Positions 1-10,086 of a stretch of 64,000 bases of DNA are shown here, in pieces (the stretch's first letter is position 1; every line of letters starts with the position of its first letter). Source of the DNA: Candidatus Binatia bacterium. Its GTDB lineage: Bacteria > Desulfobacterota > Binatia > HRBIN30. A program made the translations under genes and the position numbers. Location: the NCBI GenBank assembly GCA_038245295.1, contig JBBRSP010000002.1:32001-96000 (forward strand). Reading direction: 5' to 3'. A model generated the notes under the pieces. The model made no database searches, was not told the origin of the DNA, and saw nothing but the letters and a program-made list of their open reading frames with translations.

Positions 1-447
1 ATCGGTGAACTGGTAGTCGATGCCAAGTCCGGCCGAGAAGCCAGGAGCGCTTTGACTGAGACGACCACTGAGGCCGGCGTAGTAGCCGCCGGTGCCGACG
101 ATGTAGGGCACAATCGGTCCGAGCGGCAGAGAGAATCGCGGACCAATTCCGCCACCGATCATCGAGGTCGTCTGGCGGCTCTGGCGGATGAAGTCTTCCT
201 CGCCGATGTGATTGTCTTCGGTTTGAAACAGAGCTTGCAGCTCGGCCTGGGCACCGATGTAATCGTTCAACATGTAGCCCGCATAGGGTGAAACACTCAC
301 CCCGGTTCGGACGTGCCCTCGATAGTTTGGATTGAGCGGCTCGGAAGCGCCCAGAGTAAGCCCAACAAACGGCCCCTGCGCCGCGGCTGTCCCCACGGCG
401 ACTGCCCCAACCCCAATCAACGCCAGCAACCCCACCAGTCGACGCAT
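1..447 (-). CDS. Outer-membrane beta-barrel (OmpA-like transmembrane) protein, runs off window start
   Basis: Not in the ORF track; hand translation from ATG 447 (SD AGGAGG upstream) gives MRRLVGLLALIGVGAVAVGTAAAQGPFVGLTLG...PYAGYMLNDYIGAQAE...GPRFSLPLGPIVPYIVGTGGYY...GFSAGLGIDYQFTD. Signal peptide plus amphipathic beta strands; open to base 1. Confidence 0.75.
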   Translation of the reverse strand, partial: MRRLVGLLALIGVGAVAVGTAAAQGPFVGLTLGASEPLNPNYRGHVRTGVSVSPYAGYMLNDYIGAQAELQALFQTEDNHIGEEDFIRQSRQTTSMIGGGIGPRFSLPLGPIVPYIVGTGGYYAGLSGRLSQSAPGFSAGLGIDYQFTD

Positions 448-1089
448 ACGCGACCCTCCTTGAGCTGCCGCGTCTCGCTGACGCCGACGCGGTGGCGCGT
501 AAATACCCGATCCGGCGACACAGCGCCACCCGCGAAATCCATGTCCGCCGGGCTTGGTGCGTGATCGTCGTTTGGCGGTGCCGGAACGCGATGGCCCTGG
601 CGACCGTGCGCGACGCACTCGCGGTTCGTCGGAACCACGAAGCGGCGAGGAGCGCGCCGCGATGACGGAACGCCGCCGCTGCCAACCAACCCCGTAGGCT
701 TGCCCCCTCCCCACAATCGACCGCAGCTCCCATGCGACAGCGCATCCGTTCAAAGTACGCCCGGGTTTTCCATCGTCCCAGGGCCAACGTGACGCACCAG
801 GAAGCCCCAGGACGGGCTCTGGGTGACAAGGATGACTCCACCTACGCACACAAACCCAACGTTTTTTGGCGATCCGCCGCTCCAACCCTTGAAAAGAAAG
901 GGGAATTTCATCCGTTGGAGTCGATTCCGTCAGCGAACGGGGGATCTCGGTCGTCAAAGGGCGCCCCCTGAGTCGATGTCTGATAGTTCCTGTGATCCGA
1001 GTCGGGGAATGCCGTGCACATCAGGGTGAGACCGCGGGCCTCAGCCGGCTTTGCCCGTAAATTCGACGATCAACCAGCGCTCAGCTCAC

Positions 1090-1167
1090 CGCAGGCTGAA
1101 GCCTGCGCCTACCACGCTGAATACACTGGCGAATTGGAAACCGGTAGGCGCAGGCTTCAGCCTGCGG
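1090..1167. repeat. GTAG-type REP doublet (inverted pair)
   Basis: CGCAGGCTGAAGCCTGCGCCTACC (1090-1113) and its reverse complement GGTAGGCGCAGGCTTCAGCCTGCG (1143-1166), 29-nt spacer; a partial third copy at ~1208-1224. Confidence 0.8.
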
Positions 1168-1211
1168 AGTCCTCCAACGCGAATTGCCGTGCAAAGCCGC
1201 CTCACCCGGCT

Positions 1212-2438
1212 TCAGCCTGCGGAGTGCGACGCGGTGAAACGCAGCGGCAAACTGGTTGGTCCGAAGATCCCCGTGCGCGGGCGCCAGGCAACGTCGCCGT
1301 CGAGCTGCACATCGCGCAAGTTTTGCGACAGGACCAAAAGGGCTTCCTGCATTTCGGCGCGCGCCAGATTGGCGCCGAGGCAGTAATGCGGTCCGCCGCC
1401 AAAGGTCAACGGCGGCTCGTTGCGCTTGGCGGTGATGTCGAACACGTCGGGCTTCTGATGTGCCGACGGATCGTGGTTTGCCGACGCCGTCGACAGGCTG
1501 AGCAGCGTGCCGGCTGGGACACGATACCCGCCGACCTCGAGCTCGGTGCGCGCGATGCGCGGCGCGATCCCGACGGCGCCGAGAAAACGCAGAACTTCTT
1601 CGACCGCGGGCTCGACGAGCTCGGGATGTTCACCCAGCAGCCGCCACTGCTCCGGGTTCTGGGCGAACAACCACATCGCAATGCCGAGCTGATTGCGCGT
1701 CGTATCGTAGCCGGCGAACAGCAGGGCGCCGATCATGCTGCGTAACTCGAGCGGGCTCAGACGGTCGCCACCGTCCTCCGCCTGGATGAGACGTGTGACG
1801 AGATCGTCCTGCGGATTGCGTCTTCGCTCTTCGATGAAACGTTCGAGGTAAGCGCCGAGCCCTTCGAAGGCCGCCTGAATCTCGGCCATGCGGAACGGCA
1901 ATTCGAACGACAGCACCCACGTAAGACCGTTGGCCCAGCGACCGAAGTCTTCGTGATCCTCGCGCGGCACACCGAGGAGCTCGCAGATCATTTGAATCGG
2001 GTAGTGGTCGGCGAAGTCGGCGATGAACTCGCAACGTCCGCGCGCCGCCATCGGCCCGACGATCTCGTTGCTCAAGGCCCGCATCGACGGTCGCAGAACT
2101 TCGACGGAACGCGGCGTGAAGGCGCGACTGACCAGGCGTCGCAAGCGCGTGTGGTCCTCGCCGTCGACCGCTAGCAAACTGCGCGACAGCATCTCGAAGA
2201 TCGGCCCTTCGCTGAGCCCCTGCATGCGCACAATCGCCAGGAGAGAGCTGTCGAGCCGCGTATCGGCCAACAACGCCTGCACGTAGGCATGCTGCACCAC
2301 CACGGCGCCGATCGGTGTGCGCGCCAAACAACTCTCGGCGCGCACACGATTCATCACAGGTGCCGGATCGGCCTGAAACTCGGGCGAAAGAAAATCGATG
2401 TAGGGAGCGTCGTCGAGGGGTCTCATGGACCGCACCAT
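1212..2438 (-). CDS. Cytochrome P450
   Basis: AGYDTT (I helix), EEVLR (ExxR), FGGGPHYCLG heme motif. Alternative start ATG 2426. Confidence 0.96.
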   Translation of the reverse strand: MVRSMRPLDDAPYIDFLSPEFQADPAPVMNRVRAESCLARTPIGAVVVQHAYVQALLADTRLDSSLLAIVRMQGLSEGPIFEMLSRSLLAVDGEDHTRLRRLVSRAFTPRSVEVLRPSMRALSNEIVGPMAARGRCEFIADFADHYPIQMICELLGVPREDHEDFGRWANGLTWVLSFELPFRMAEIQAAFEGLGAYLERFIEERRRNPQDDLVTRLIQAEDGGDRLSPLELRSMIGALLFAGYDTTRNQLGIAMWLFAQNPEQWRLLGEHPELVEPAVEEVLRFLGAVGIAPRIARTELEVGGYRVPAGTLLSLSTASANHDPSAHQKPDVFDITAKRNEPPLTFGGGPHYCLGANLARAEMQEALLVLSQNLRDVQLDGDVAWRPRTGIFGPTSLPLRFTASHSAG

Positions 2439-2639
2439 CCAGCGCCGCCGCCGTCAATGCAAGGCATGGAGAATGCCGGGCTCGCGCGCAGACCCGACAG
2501 ATCTACCGGTGCCCGGGAAGCCAGCTTGTACTCAAGCACGATCAACCGGGCACTGGAAACAATTGAACTTCGAGCGAATGTGCACGTAGGCAATACTGTC
2601 GTCGTTTAGCACGCCGGCAGTTGGTCACGTTTACGGACG

Positions 2640-3683
<1,044 letters not shown>

Positions 3684-3726
3684 CTATGAGATCCATCGAT
3701 CCATCATCCAGACCAAAAGGACGAAC

Positions 3727-3771
3727 GAGACCGTCGATAAACTCGGATGCCACCCCGTGATCCCGGCGAAA
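3727..3771 (+). mobile_element. Degenerate left end of MITE (outermost copy; acts as target)
   Basis: GAGACCGTCGATAAACT...CGTGATCCCGGC-GAAA matches the left end of the copies at 3772, 3817 and (reverse) 61822. No matching right end found. Confidence 0.6.
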
Positions 3772-4094
3772 GAGACTGTCGATAGCCTGAAATGGAGCAA
3801 CGTGATCCCGCCGAAAGAGACTGTCGTAAAACCAAAGTGAAGCAACGTCATCCCGGTGAAAACCGGGATCTCCCCGTGCTGGAAGCCTCGAAAGCTGGCG
3901 AGATACCGGCTTTCGCCGGTATGACGGATAGGTCTGCTCGGTTTCAAATATGGTTTCCCAGTAAATCGACACACTCGAAAGCCGGGATCTCCTCGAGTGG
4001 AAGGCCAAAAATGCTGGAGAGATATCGGCTTTCGCCCGTATGACGGGGGTGTTTGTGTGCTTTCAAACGCGTGATCAGAGAAACCGACAGTCTC
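3772..4094 (+). mobile_element. MITE (~159 bp) interrupted by a second copy
   Basis: TIR GAGACTGTCG...CGACAGTCTC; direct GAAA repeats at 3768-3771 and 4095-4098; internal REP-like hairpins. Confidence 0.85.
3817..3976 (+). mobile_element. MITE (160 bp), nested inside previous copy
   Basis: Imperfect TIR GAGACTGTCG...CGACACACTC; GAAA duplication at 3813-3816 and 3977-3980; closely similar to 49074-49232. Confidence 0.85.
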
Positions 4095-4156
4095 GAAACC
4101 CAGGGCGCGCGCCGAGTCATGCGCAGGACGGGACCGAAGGGCGCGCTTGCTTGCAC

Positions 4157-5191
4157 TCACCGGCGATTGAAGTTGTCGAGAGTGGCGCGCGCCTCCATGA
4201 GGTTGTCCAGACGCGCAACCAGCTGCAAGTCGATGTCCAACTCTCGGCAAGTCGTCTCGAGCACCAGATAGAACAATTGGCGCTGCACGACGATGCGCGT
4301 CGGTCGGCTGCCGCCCTTGAGGAGCACGTCGGCGAACGCAGCGAGGGTGTCGGCCCACAACCGTTCCCGCCCGTGCACTCCGTGCAGAATCTGGAACCCG
4401 CCAATCATTCTGGTGGCGTGGTCCACCAGCAACAGGACGTAACCGTAGTAGGGCTGATCGAGCCCCAAGTCGCGTCCTTCCATCTGCATGGATAACGAGG
4501 CGAACAGATCCACTTCGAGTGTCGAATTGTCGTGGGGTAGAGCCCGCAGCCGCTTCAACCGAATGTCATCGAGGCTCGGCGGCACCCGCGCCTCGAGTGC
4601 GGGAGAAACGGCGAAGCGCTCTGTCCACTCGTTTGGAAACTCCGGGACGCGGTGGCGCAGGAGGTAGCTGGACTCAGGCGGTGGCATGAGAATCTTCGGA
4701 TTGGCGCGCAGGCGCGAGCCCATCATGAGCAATTGTTCGAGGGCACAGCTCAACATATCGATCTCGGAACCATCGGAAACGATCCACGGCACCAGCCCGG
4801 CGCGGAAACGTCGCAGCATCGGCCAGGCATTGCGGCCGCGGAACTTCAGGCCAAGCGCCACCAGGAAAGCCTTGTCGTTGCGATCCAGTTGTTTGGCGTC
4901 CTCCCACGAGATCTGCACCTGATCGATCTCGAGAAGAACTTCGTGGTCGACCGGGTTATCCGAGTGGATTGCCGTGGCGAAATCGTCGATTGCCTGTGCC
5001 CCGAGGTAGAGTCCGACGGCAAAGTGCTCACCAAGACGTCCCATGACGGAAACCAGACCGACGCCAACCGGCGGCGGCAACTCGACAGCAAAGACTTCAC
5101 CGTCGCCCAAGATCTCCCACGGTGCCATCGCCTTCACCGCCGCCGCCAAACGCATCAGCCGCGCCCATTTCTCGAGAACAACCTCGTCCAT
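4157..5191 (-). CDS. Hypothetical protein (344 aa)
   Basis: Long ORF with globular-protein composition (APWE, SVMGRLGEHFAVGLYLG, LGLKFRGRNAWP); function not recognised. Confidence 0.75.
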   Translation of the reverse strand: MDEVVLEKWARLMRLAAAVKAMAPWEILGDGEVFAVELPPPVGVGLVSVMGRLGEHFAVGLYLGAQAIDDFATAIHSDNPVDHEVLLEIDQVQISWEDAKQLDRNDKAFLVALGLKFRGRNAWPMLRRFRAGLVPWIVSDGSEIDMLSCALEQLLMMGSRLRANPKILMPPPESSYLLRHRVPEFPNEWTERFAVSPALEARVPPSLDDIRLKRLRALPHDNSTLEVDLFASLSMQMEGRDLGLDQPYYGYVLLLVDHATRMIGGFQILHGVHGRERLWADTLAAFADVLLKGGSRPTRIVVQRQLFYLVLETTCRELDIDLQLVARLDNLMEARATLDNFNRR

Positions 5192-5485
5192 AGCCGCCTG
5201 CTCATCAGGAACTTTTCAACAGCGCAAGTCCGGGCGGTGACGACCGCGCCCTTCGTCAGGAGAGGCAGCCGTTTTGAAAGAGATGGCGGCGGGAGAATCG
5301 CGCGAATCGCCTACGCGTTCCCAATCGGTAGCCCTTGTCACGCTAGCGTCGCCGCTTTTCATCACGGGTCGCGTCGCGTGCGGCTGGTGACCTGAACCTT
5401 CTCCGGATCGTCACCCTTCGCAGCCGTCTCGGCATGTATGCTTGGCAGTCATTGCCGCGGGGTGGGCACCGCGTAGTTTGCTCGC

Positions 5486-6364
5486 ATGCCGTCGCAATTG
5501 CATGAGGCGCTGCTGTATCTGTTCCGCAATCGCCCGGCGCTGGCTCCGGAGCTGCTGCGCGATGCGCTGCAGGCGCCGTTGCCGGAATACAGCGAGGTGT
5601 GCATCGAGTCGGCCGACTTCGCCAACTTACAGGCTGCCGAGTATCGTGCCGATCTGGTGACCCTGCTGAGCCACGGTAAGCCGGTGCTCGGCATCGTCGT
5701 CGAGGTGCAACTGCAACCGGATAGGGAAAAGCGTTTGTCCTGGCCACTCTATGTGGCCGGACTGCGGACGCGCTTCCGTTGCGACGTGGTGCTCCTGGTG
5801 GTGACGGTCGATGAGGCTGTGGCGCGGTGGGCCTCGCAGGCGATCCGTATGGGCGGTGGCAATCACTTTGTCCCACTGGTTTTGGGACCTTCGGGCGTCC
5901 CCGAGGTCACCGATCAACAGCAAGCCATCGATGATCCTGAGCTGGCGGTGTTGTCAGCCATGGCGCACGGCAAGGATGCCGACGCCGGCAAGGTGGTGGA
6001 GATCGCCGTGGCGGCGATGACGGCGAGCATTGGACTCGACGACGAGCGATCGAAGTTGTATCTCGATCTGGTGCACGCGTCGTTGAGCGCAGCGGCAAGG
6101 GAGGCACTACAGACTATGGACCCGACGAAGTACGAGTACCAAAGCGAGTTTGCACGGCGCTACGTCGCCGAAGGGCGTGCGGAAGGCCGCGCCGAAGGTG
6201 AAGCCCGCGGCCGTGCCGATATGGTACTCAAGATCCTCACGGCTCGATTCGGTCCTCTTGGCGTCGAGAGCGAAGCCCGCATTCGTGCTGCGTCGATCGA
6301 ACACCTGGAGCACATCGTCGAGCGTGCTCTCACCGCCGCCAGCCTGGACGAGGCACTCGGGTAG
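5486..6364 (+). CDS. Rpn/YhgA-like PD-(D/E)XK nuclease family protein with DUF4351-like C-terminus
   Basis: YRADLV...IVVEVQ nuclease-like core; AEGRAEGRAEGEARG repeat; C-terminal RFGPL...IRAASIEHLE...LTAASLDEAL. Confidence 0.75.
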   Translation: MPSQLHEALLYLFRNRPALAPELLRDALQAPLPEYSEVCIESADFANLQAAEYRADLVTLLSHGKPVLGIVVEVQLQPDREKRLSWPLYVAGLRTRFRCDVVLLVVTVDEAVARWASQAIRMGGGNHFVPLVLGPSGVPEVTDQQQAIDDPELAVLSAMAHGKDADAGKVVEIAVAAMTASIGLDDERSKLYLDLVHASLSAAAREALQTMDPTKYEYQSEFARRYVAEGRAEGRAEGEARGRADMVLKILTARFGPLGVESEARIRAASIEHLEHIVERALTAASLDEALG

Positions 6365-6388
6365 CAAGAACGCTTGGGGGCGCGCCAA

Positions 6389-6754
6389 ATGAAAGGGTCA
6401 GCAGTTGAACCACCGGCGCAGCACGCTGCGCGTATCCTTGTTTCCACTGACGCGCTTGCGGTTGATCTGACCGATGGACGTACGGTGATCGCGCCACTTG
6501 CCTGGTATCCGCGGCTGCTGCATGCAACCAGCGACGAACGCAAACACTGGCGACTCATCGGTGGCGGTGAGGGCATCCACTGGCCGGATCTCGACGAAGA
6601 CATCAGTGTCGAAGGCATGCTGGCGGGTAGGCCTTCGGCGGAGCGCCAACGCTCCTTCAAACTCTGGCTCGAGGGTAGAGAGGCGCGCCGCGCCAACAAT
6701 CGCATCCAGGCGCCACGCACTCGCGCCGGCCGTGATCGTCGCGTCGCGGGATGA
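6389..6754 (+). CDS. DUF2442 domain protein (putative antitoxin)
   Basis: LAVDLTDGRTVIAPLAWYPRLLHAT...GIHWPDLDEDISVEG is the typical DUF2442 pattern. Confidence 0.85.
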   Translation: MKGSAVEPPAQHAARILVSTDALAVDLTDGRTVIAPLAWYPRLLHATSDERKHWRLIGGGEGIHWPDLDEDISVEGMLAGRPSAERQRSFKLWLEGREARRANNRIQAPRTRAGRDRRVAG

Positions 6755-6872
6755 TACGGTTTGTGCGTGAATCGCAATAGGTGAGAACTGACACTCTAGC
6801 GCCCTTGGCTCGCCGGTGGAGCTTTCAGTTGCTTGACCATTTGTGGCGCAATTGCCTACAGTAAAAGCCATC

Positions 6873-7124
6873 ATGCAGAAGGCCAACATCATCGACGCGC
6901 TTCCAGATGACCTCCGGGAAAGCGTCGAGCAGGACGTTTCCTCCGGCGACTTCGCGACGGCGGATGAGGCCATTCGACAAGCAATCCTCTCTCAGCATGA
7001 ACGGCTGGCGCTGCGCCGCTCCCTTGTCGCGGCCGATGCCGCGATCGATCGCGGCGAGTTTGTGACGGCGGAGGAATCCGACGCTGACATTGAGGAGCTT
7101 GCGCGCACCCTGACCAGGCGATGA
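6873..7124 (+). CDS. ParD-like (ribbon-helix-helix) antitoxin
   Basis: LPDDLRESVEQDVSSGDFATADEAIRQA; acidic C-terminus; ATGA overlap with toxin gene. Alternative start GTG 6843. Confidence 0.75.
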   Translation: MQKANIIDALPDDLRESVEQDVSSGDFATADEAIRQAILSQHERLALRRSLVAADAAIDRGEFVTAEESDADIEELARTLTRR

Positions 7125-7429
7125 GCGCGCGCTACGTCCTTGCACCCGCCGCGCGCGAGGATCGCAAGGGAATATTCGCTTACACGTTCCGGCGCAGTGG
7201 TTCCGTCGACGTCGCGCGCCGCGTCGATGGGAAATTGAAAGAAGAGTTTGAACGAATCGCGCGAACCCCGACCATCGGGCACCGGAATCTCGATCTTCCT
7301 ATCCCCGATCATCTACTTGTTCGCTCAGTCTTCTCCTACCTCGTGATCTACAACCCCACGACTCGCCCCGTACGCATTCTGCGTCTCTGGCACGCAGCGC
7401 AGGAGACGCCGGACATCCCGGAGTCGTGA
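7121..7429 (+). CDS. RelE/ParE family toxin
   Basis: YVLAPAAREDRKGIFAY...IARTPTIGH...YLVIY...VRILRLWH; 102 aa, coupled to upstream antitoxin. Confidence 0.85.
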   Translation: MSARYVLAPAAREDRKGIFAYTFRRSGSVDVARRVDGKLKEEFERIARTPTIGHRNLDLPIPDHLLVRSVFSYLVIYNPTTRPVRILRLWHAAQETPDIPES

Positions 7430-7530
7430 TTCGTTAAAGATGCGGTCACGCCTGCGACGATCGTTTGTCGCGACCGTGGCAAGCTGGTATCGCTCGCCCC
7501 GATGGCGAAGGATCATCAGCTGGGAATGCA

Positions 7531-8974
7531 ATGAGTGGCGTCGGCCAACCCGAACGCGTCACCCAGAACCGGGTCATCGCGCTGTTCCGCGCCGAGCTTG
7601 GCTACCGCTATCTCGGCGACTGGAGCGAGCGCGACGACAACAGCAACATCGAAGAAGAGTTGCTGGCCCCCTTCCTGGCGACGAAAGGTCGATGCCTGGT
7701 TCGACGCCAAGACAAAGGGCCTGAACGAGTGGCAGAAGGCCGCCCTGCGCGAGCAGTGGGGCACGATGCAGAAGGTGCTCAGCTCACGCTCGCGCATGGA
7801 GCGTGTGGTCGAGGACATCATCTTCGACTTCAGCGTCAAGCCACGCCTGTCGAACGAGCCCGGCACGGCCATCCTGGTGGCTTCGAGCATCTACGAGGCG
7901 TGCAAATACTTCGAGCTGCTGCAGAAGACGCCGTTCAAGGGCAAGTGCGCCATCATCACCTCGTATAACCCGCAGACGCAGGACATCACGCTGGAGGACA
8001 CAGGGGCCAACAGCGAGACCGACAAGCAGTTCATCTTCAACACCTACACGACCCTGCTCGAACGTGTCGCGGCGCAACCGGGGATGACCAATCGACGCGG
8101 CGTTGGAGGCGTTGGTGCACCTCTGCGAGTGGGTCGTACCGCCGCGCGGCGAGCTTGAACACATCCACTACTTCTGCGGCAACACCGAGATCGCCACAGA
8201 TCTGGCCGAGCGCGAGCCACAGCGTGTCGCTTTGTATAAGGCCACCGCCGGTCTGGTGCGCGCTTATGCCAACATTGCGGATGAGCTGGATGCGGCAGGC
8301 TATGCGACCGCCGACATCAAGCGCATCAAGGAGGCACTCGATCAATACCTGAAGCTGCGCGAGGTCATTCGCAAGGCGAGTGGCGAAACCATCGACCTGA
8401 AGGCCTACGAAGCCGATCTGCGGCACTTGATCGATACGTACATCGAAGCCGCCGAGCCGAAGAAGATCTCGCCGTTCGACGATATGCCGCTGCTCGAGCT
8501 GATCGTGAAGACCGGCATTGCCGAAGCGATCAACCGCCAGCTGGGCGGTTTGAGAGGCAACAAGGAAGCGATTGCCGAGACCATCGCCAACAACGTGCGC
8601 AGCAAGATCATCAAGGATCATCTCAACGACCCGGCCTTCTACGACAAGATGTCGGCGTTGCTCGACGAGATCATCGCCGACCTGCGCGCCAAGCGGATCG
8701 AGTACGCGGAGTATTTGAAACGGATCGCCGAGCTAGCGAAGAACGTTCAAGCCGGACAGGCCGATGACACACCGGAGCCGCTCAAGAAGAGCCCCGGCCT
8801 CAGGGCCATTTTCAATCTGCTCAAGGTGGATGCGACCCTCGACGGAAGCGGCGCAATCGTCGACCCGTCGGCGACCTATCCTGGATTCACGGCCGATCCG
8901 ATCTTGGAGCGCGCCTTGAAGATCGATGCATCCGTGAAGCAGTCACGGCCCGACGGCTGGCGCGGCCATACTGA
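7531..8974 (+). pseudogene. hsdR: Type I restriction enzyme R subunit remnant with internal deletions
   Basis: Three HsdR-like segments in different frames: N-term [31 protein letters not shown]; middle [13 protein letters not shown]...[10 protein letters not shown]...[15 protein letters not shown]-term LEHIHYFCGNTE...IDLKAYEADLRHLIDTYI...PDGWRG. About 1.45 kb versus ~3 kb for an intact gene. Confidence 0.85.
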
Positions 8975-9687
8975 TGGCGACGCAGATCCAGCTTGGTGAC
9001 GTCGTGCTCGATGTCACCAAGAAGGCCATCAAGAATCTTCACCTCAGCGTCCATCCGCCGAACGGCAAAGTGCGGATCTCGGCGCCGTTGCGCATGAACA
9101 ACGACACGATCCGCGTATTTGCCATCTCAAAGCTTGCGTGGATCAAACGGCAGCAACACGAGATGCGGCAGCAGGAACGTGAAACACCGCGTGAGTATCT
9201 CGATCGCGAGAGCCACTACGTTTGGGGCAAGCGTTACCTCCTGCAGGTTGTGGAGAAGGATGAGCCGCCCGGCGTGCGTCGAAACCACAGCGCCCTGGTG
9301 CTGAGTGTTCGTCCCGGATCGACTCGAGTCAGGAAGCAGGCCGTGCTGGAGGAATGGTGCCGCGAGCAGCTCAAGGCCGCCGCCCTACCACTGATCGCCA
9401 AGTGGGAGCCGTTGCTTGGCGTGACCGTGCGCCGCTTGTTCGTGCAGCGGATGAAGACCAGGTGGGGCAGTTGCAATCGCGACGGGAATATCCGGCTCAA
9501 CACCGAGCTGGCCAAGAAGCCGCGTCAGTGTCTCGAGTACATCGTCGTACACGAGATGGTTCATCTGCTCGAGCCTACCCACAACCGGCGCTTTGTTGGT
9601 CTGATGGATCGGTTCATGCCGCGGTGGAAGCATCGGCGGGACGTGCTCAACCGCTTACCGTTGCGGTACGAGAGGTGGACGTTTTGA
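8974..9687 (+). CDS. M48/YgjP (SprT-like, DUF45) zinc metalloprotein, typically downstream of hsdR
   Basis: MKTRWGSCN...IRLNTEL...EYIVVHEMVHLLEPTHN (HExxH). Confidence 0.92.
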   Translation: MATQIQLGDVVLDVTKKAIKNLHLSVHPPNGKVRISAPLRMNNDTIRVFAISKLAWIKRQQHEMRQQERETPREYLDRESHYVWGKRYLLQVVEKDEPPGVRRNHSALVLSVRPGSTRVRKQAVLEEWCREQLKAAALPLIAKWEPLLGVTVRRLFVQRMKTRWGSCNRDGNIRLNTELAKKPRQCLEYIVVHEMVHLLEPTHNRRFVGLMDRFMPRWKHRRDVLNRLPLRYERWTF

Positions 9688-9747
9688 GAGACCTTTTGGC
9701 GGGGTGGCTGGGTAAACCAGGGCCAGATTCACCGCAGCAAGCCGCCT

Positions 9748-9975
9748 CTACAGGATCGCGCAAGTGGCGCGGCCGTGCGCTTTTGTTACTTCGACGCGGG
9801 CCGGCAGGCGCTCGGCTAGCTCGGCGATGTGAGTGACGATGCCGACCATCCGCTGGCCGCCTTGCGAGGCTTCGATGCATTGCACGACTACATCGAGTGT
9901 CTCGCGGTCGAGCGTTCCGAAACCTTCGTCGAGGAACAGGCTCTCCAGGCGCTGCTGGCCGCGGCCTTCGCTGCT
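9748..9975 (-). pseudogene. sbcC: 3' fragment of SbcC/Rad50-like SMC ATPase
   Basis: Hand translation: ...QRLESLFLDEGFGTLDRETLDVVVQCIEASQGGQRMVGIVTHIAELAERLPARVEVTK...* (Walker B/D-loop and H-loop); no start codon or N-terminal part. 5' limit approximate. Confidence 0.8.
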
Positions 9976-10086
9976 GAAGCTGCCGTCCTCACTCCGAGCC
10001 TGGCGCTCAAGCCTCTGGTGGCGTGGTGCAGTTTGGTTGATCGTGGTTGGCTTTTCGATTTGCTTCTGCGCTAACGAGTGCGGCGC

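Noticed and set aside
3727..3862. 45-bp periodic repeat resembling a mini CRISPR array
   Set aside because: The 'spacers' are related to each other, no cas genes are present, and the pattern is explained by nested MITE left ends with GAAA duplications.
7688..8103. Programmed frameshifting producing a mini-HsdR
   Set aside because: Frame changes coincide with loss of large homologous segments and no clear slippery sites; deletion decay is simpler.
9829..10074. 81-aa + strand ORF
   Set aside because: Antisense shadow of the sbcC fragment; the minus frame carries the recognisable motifs.
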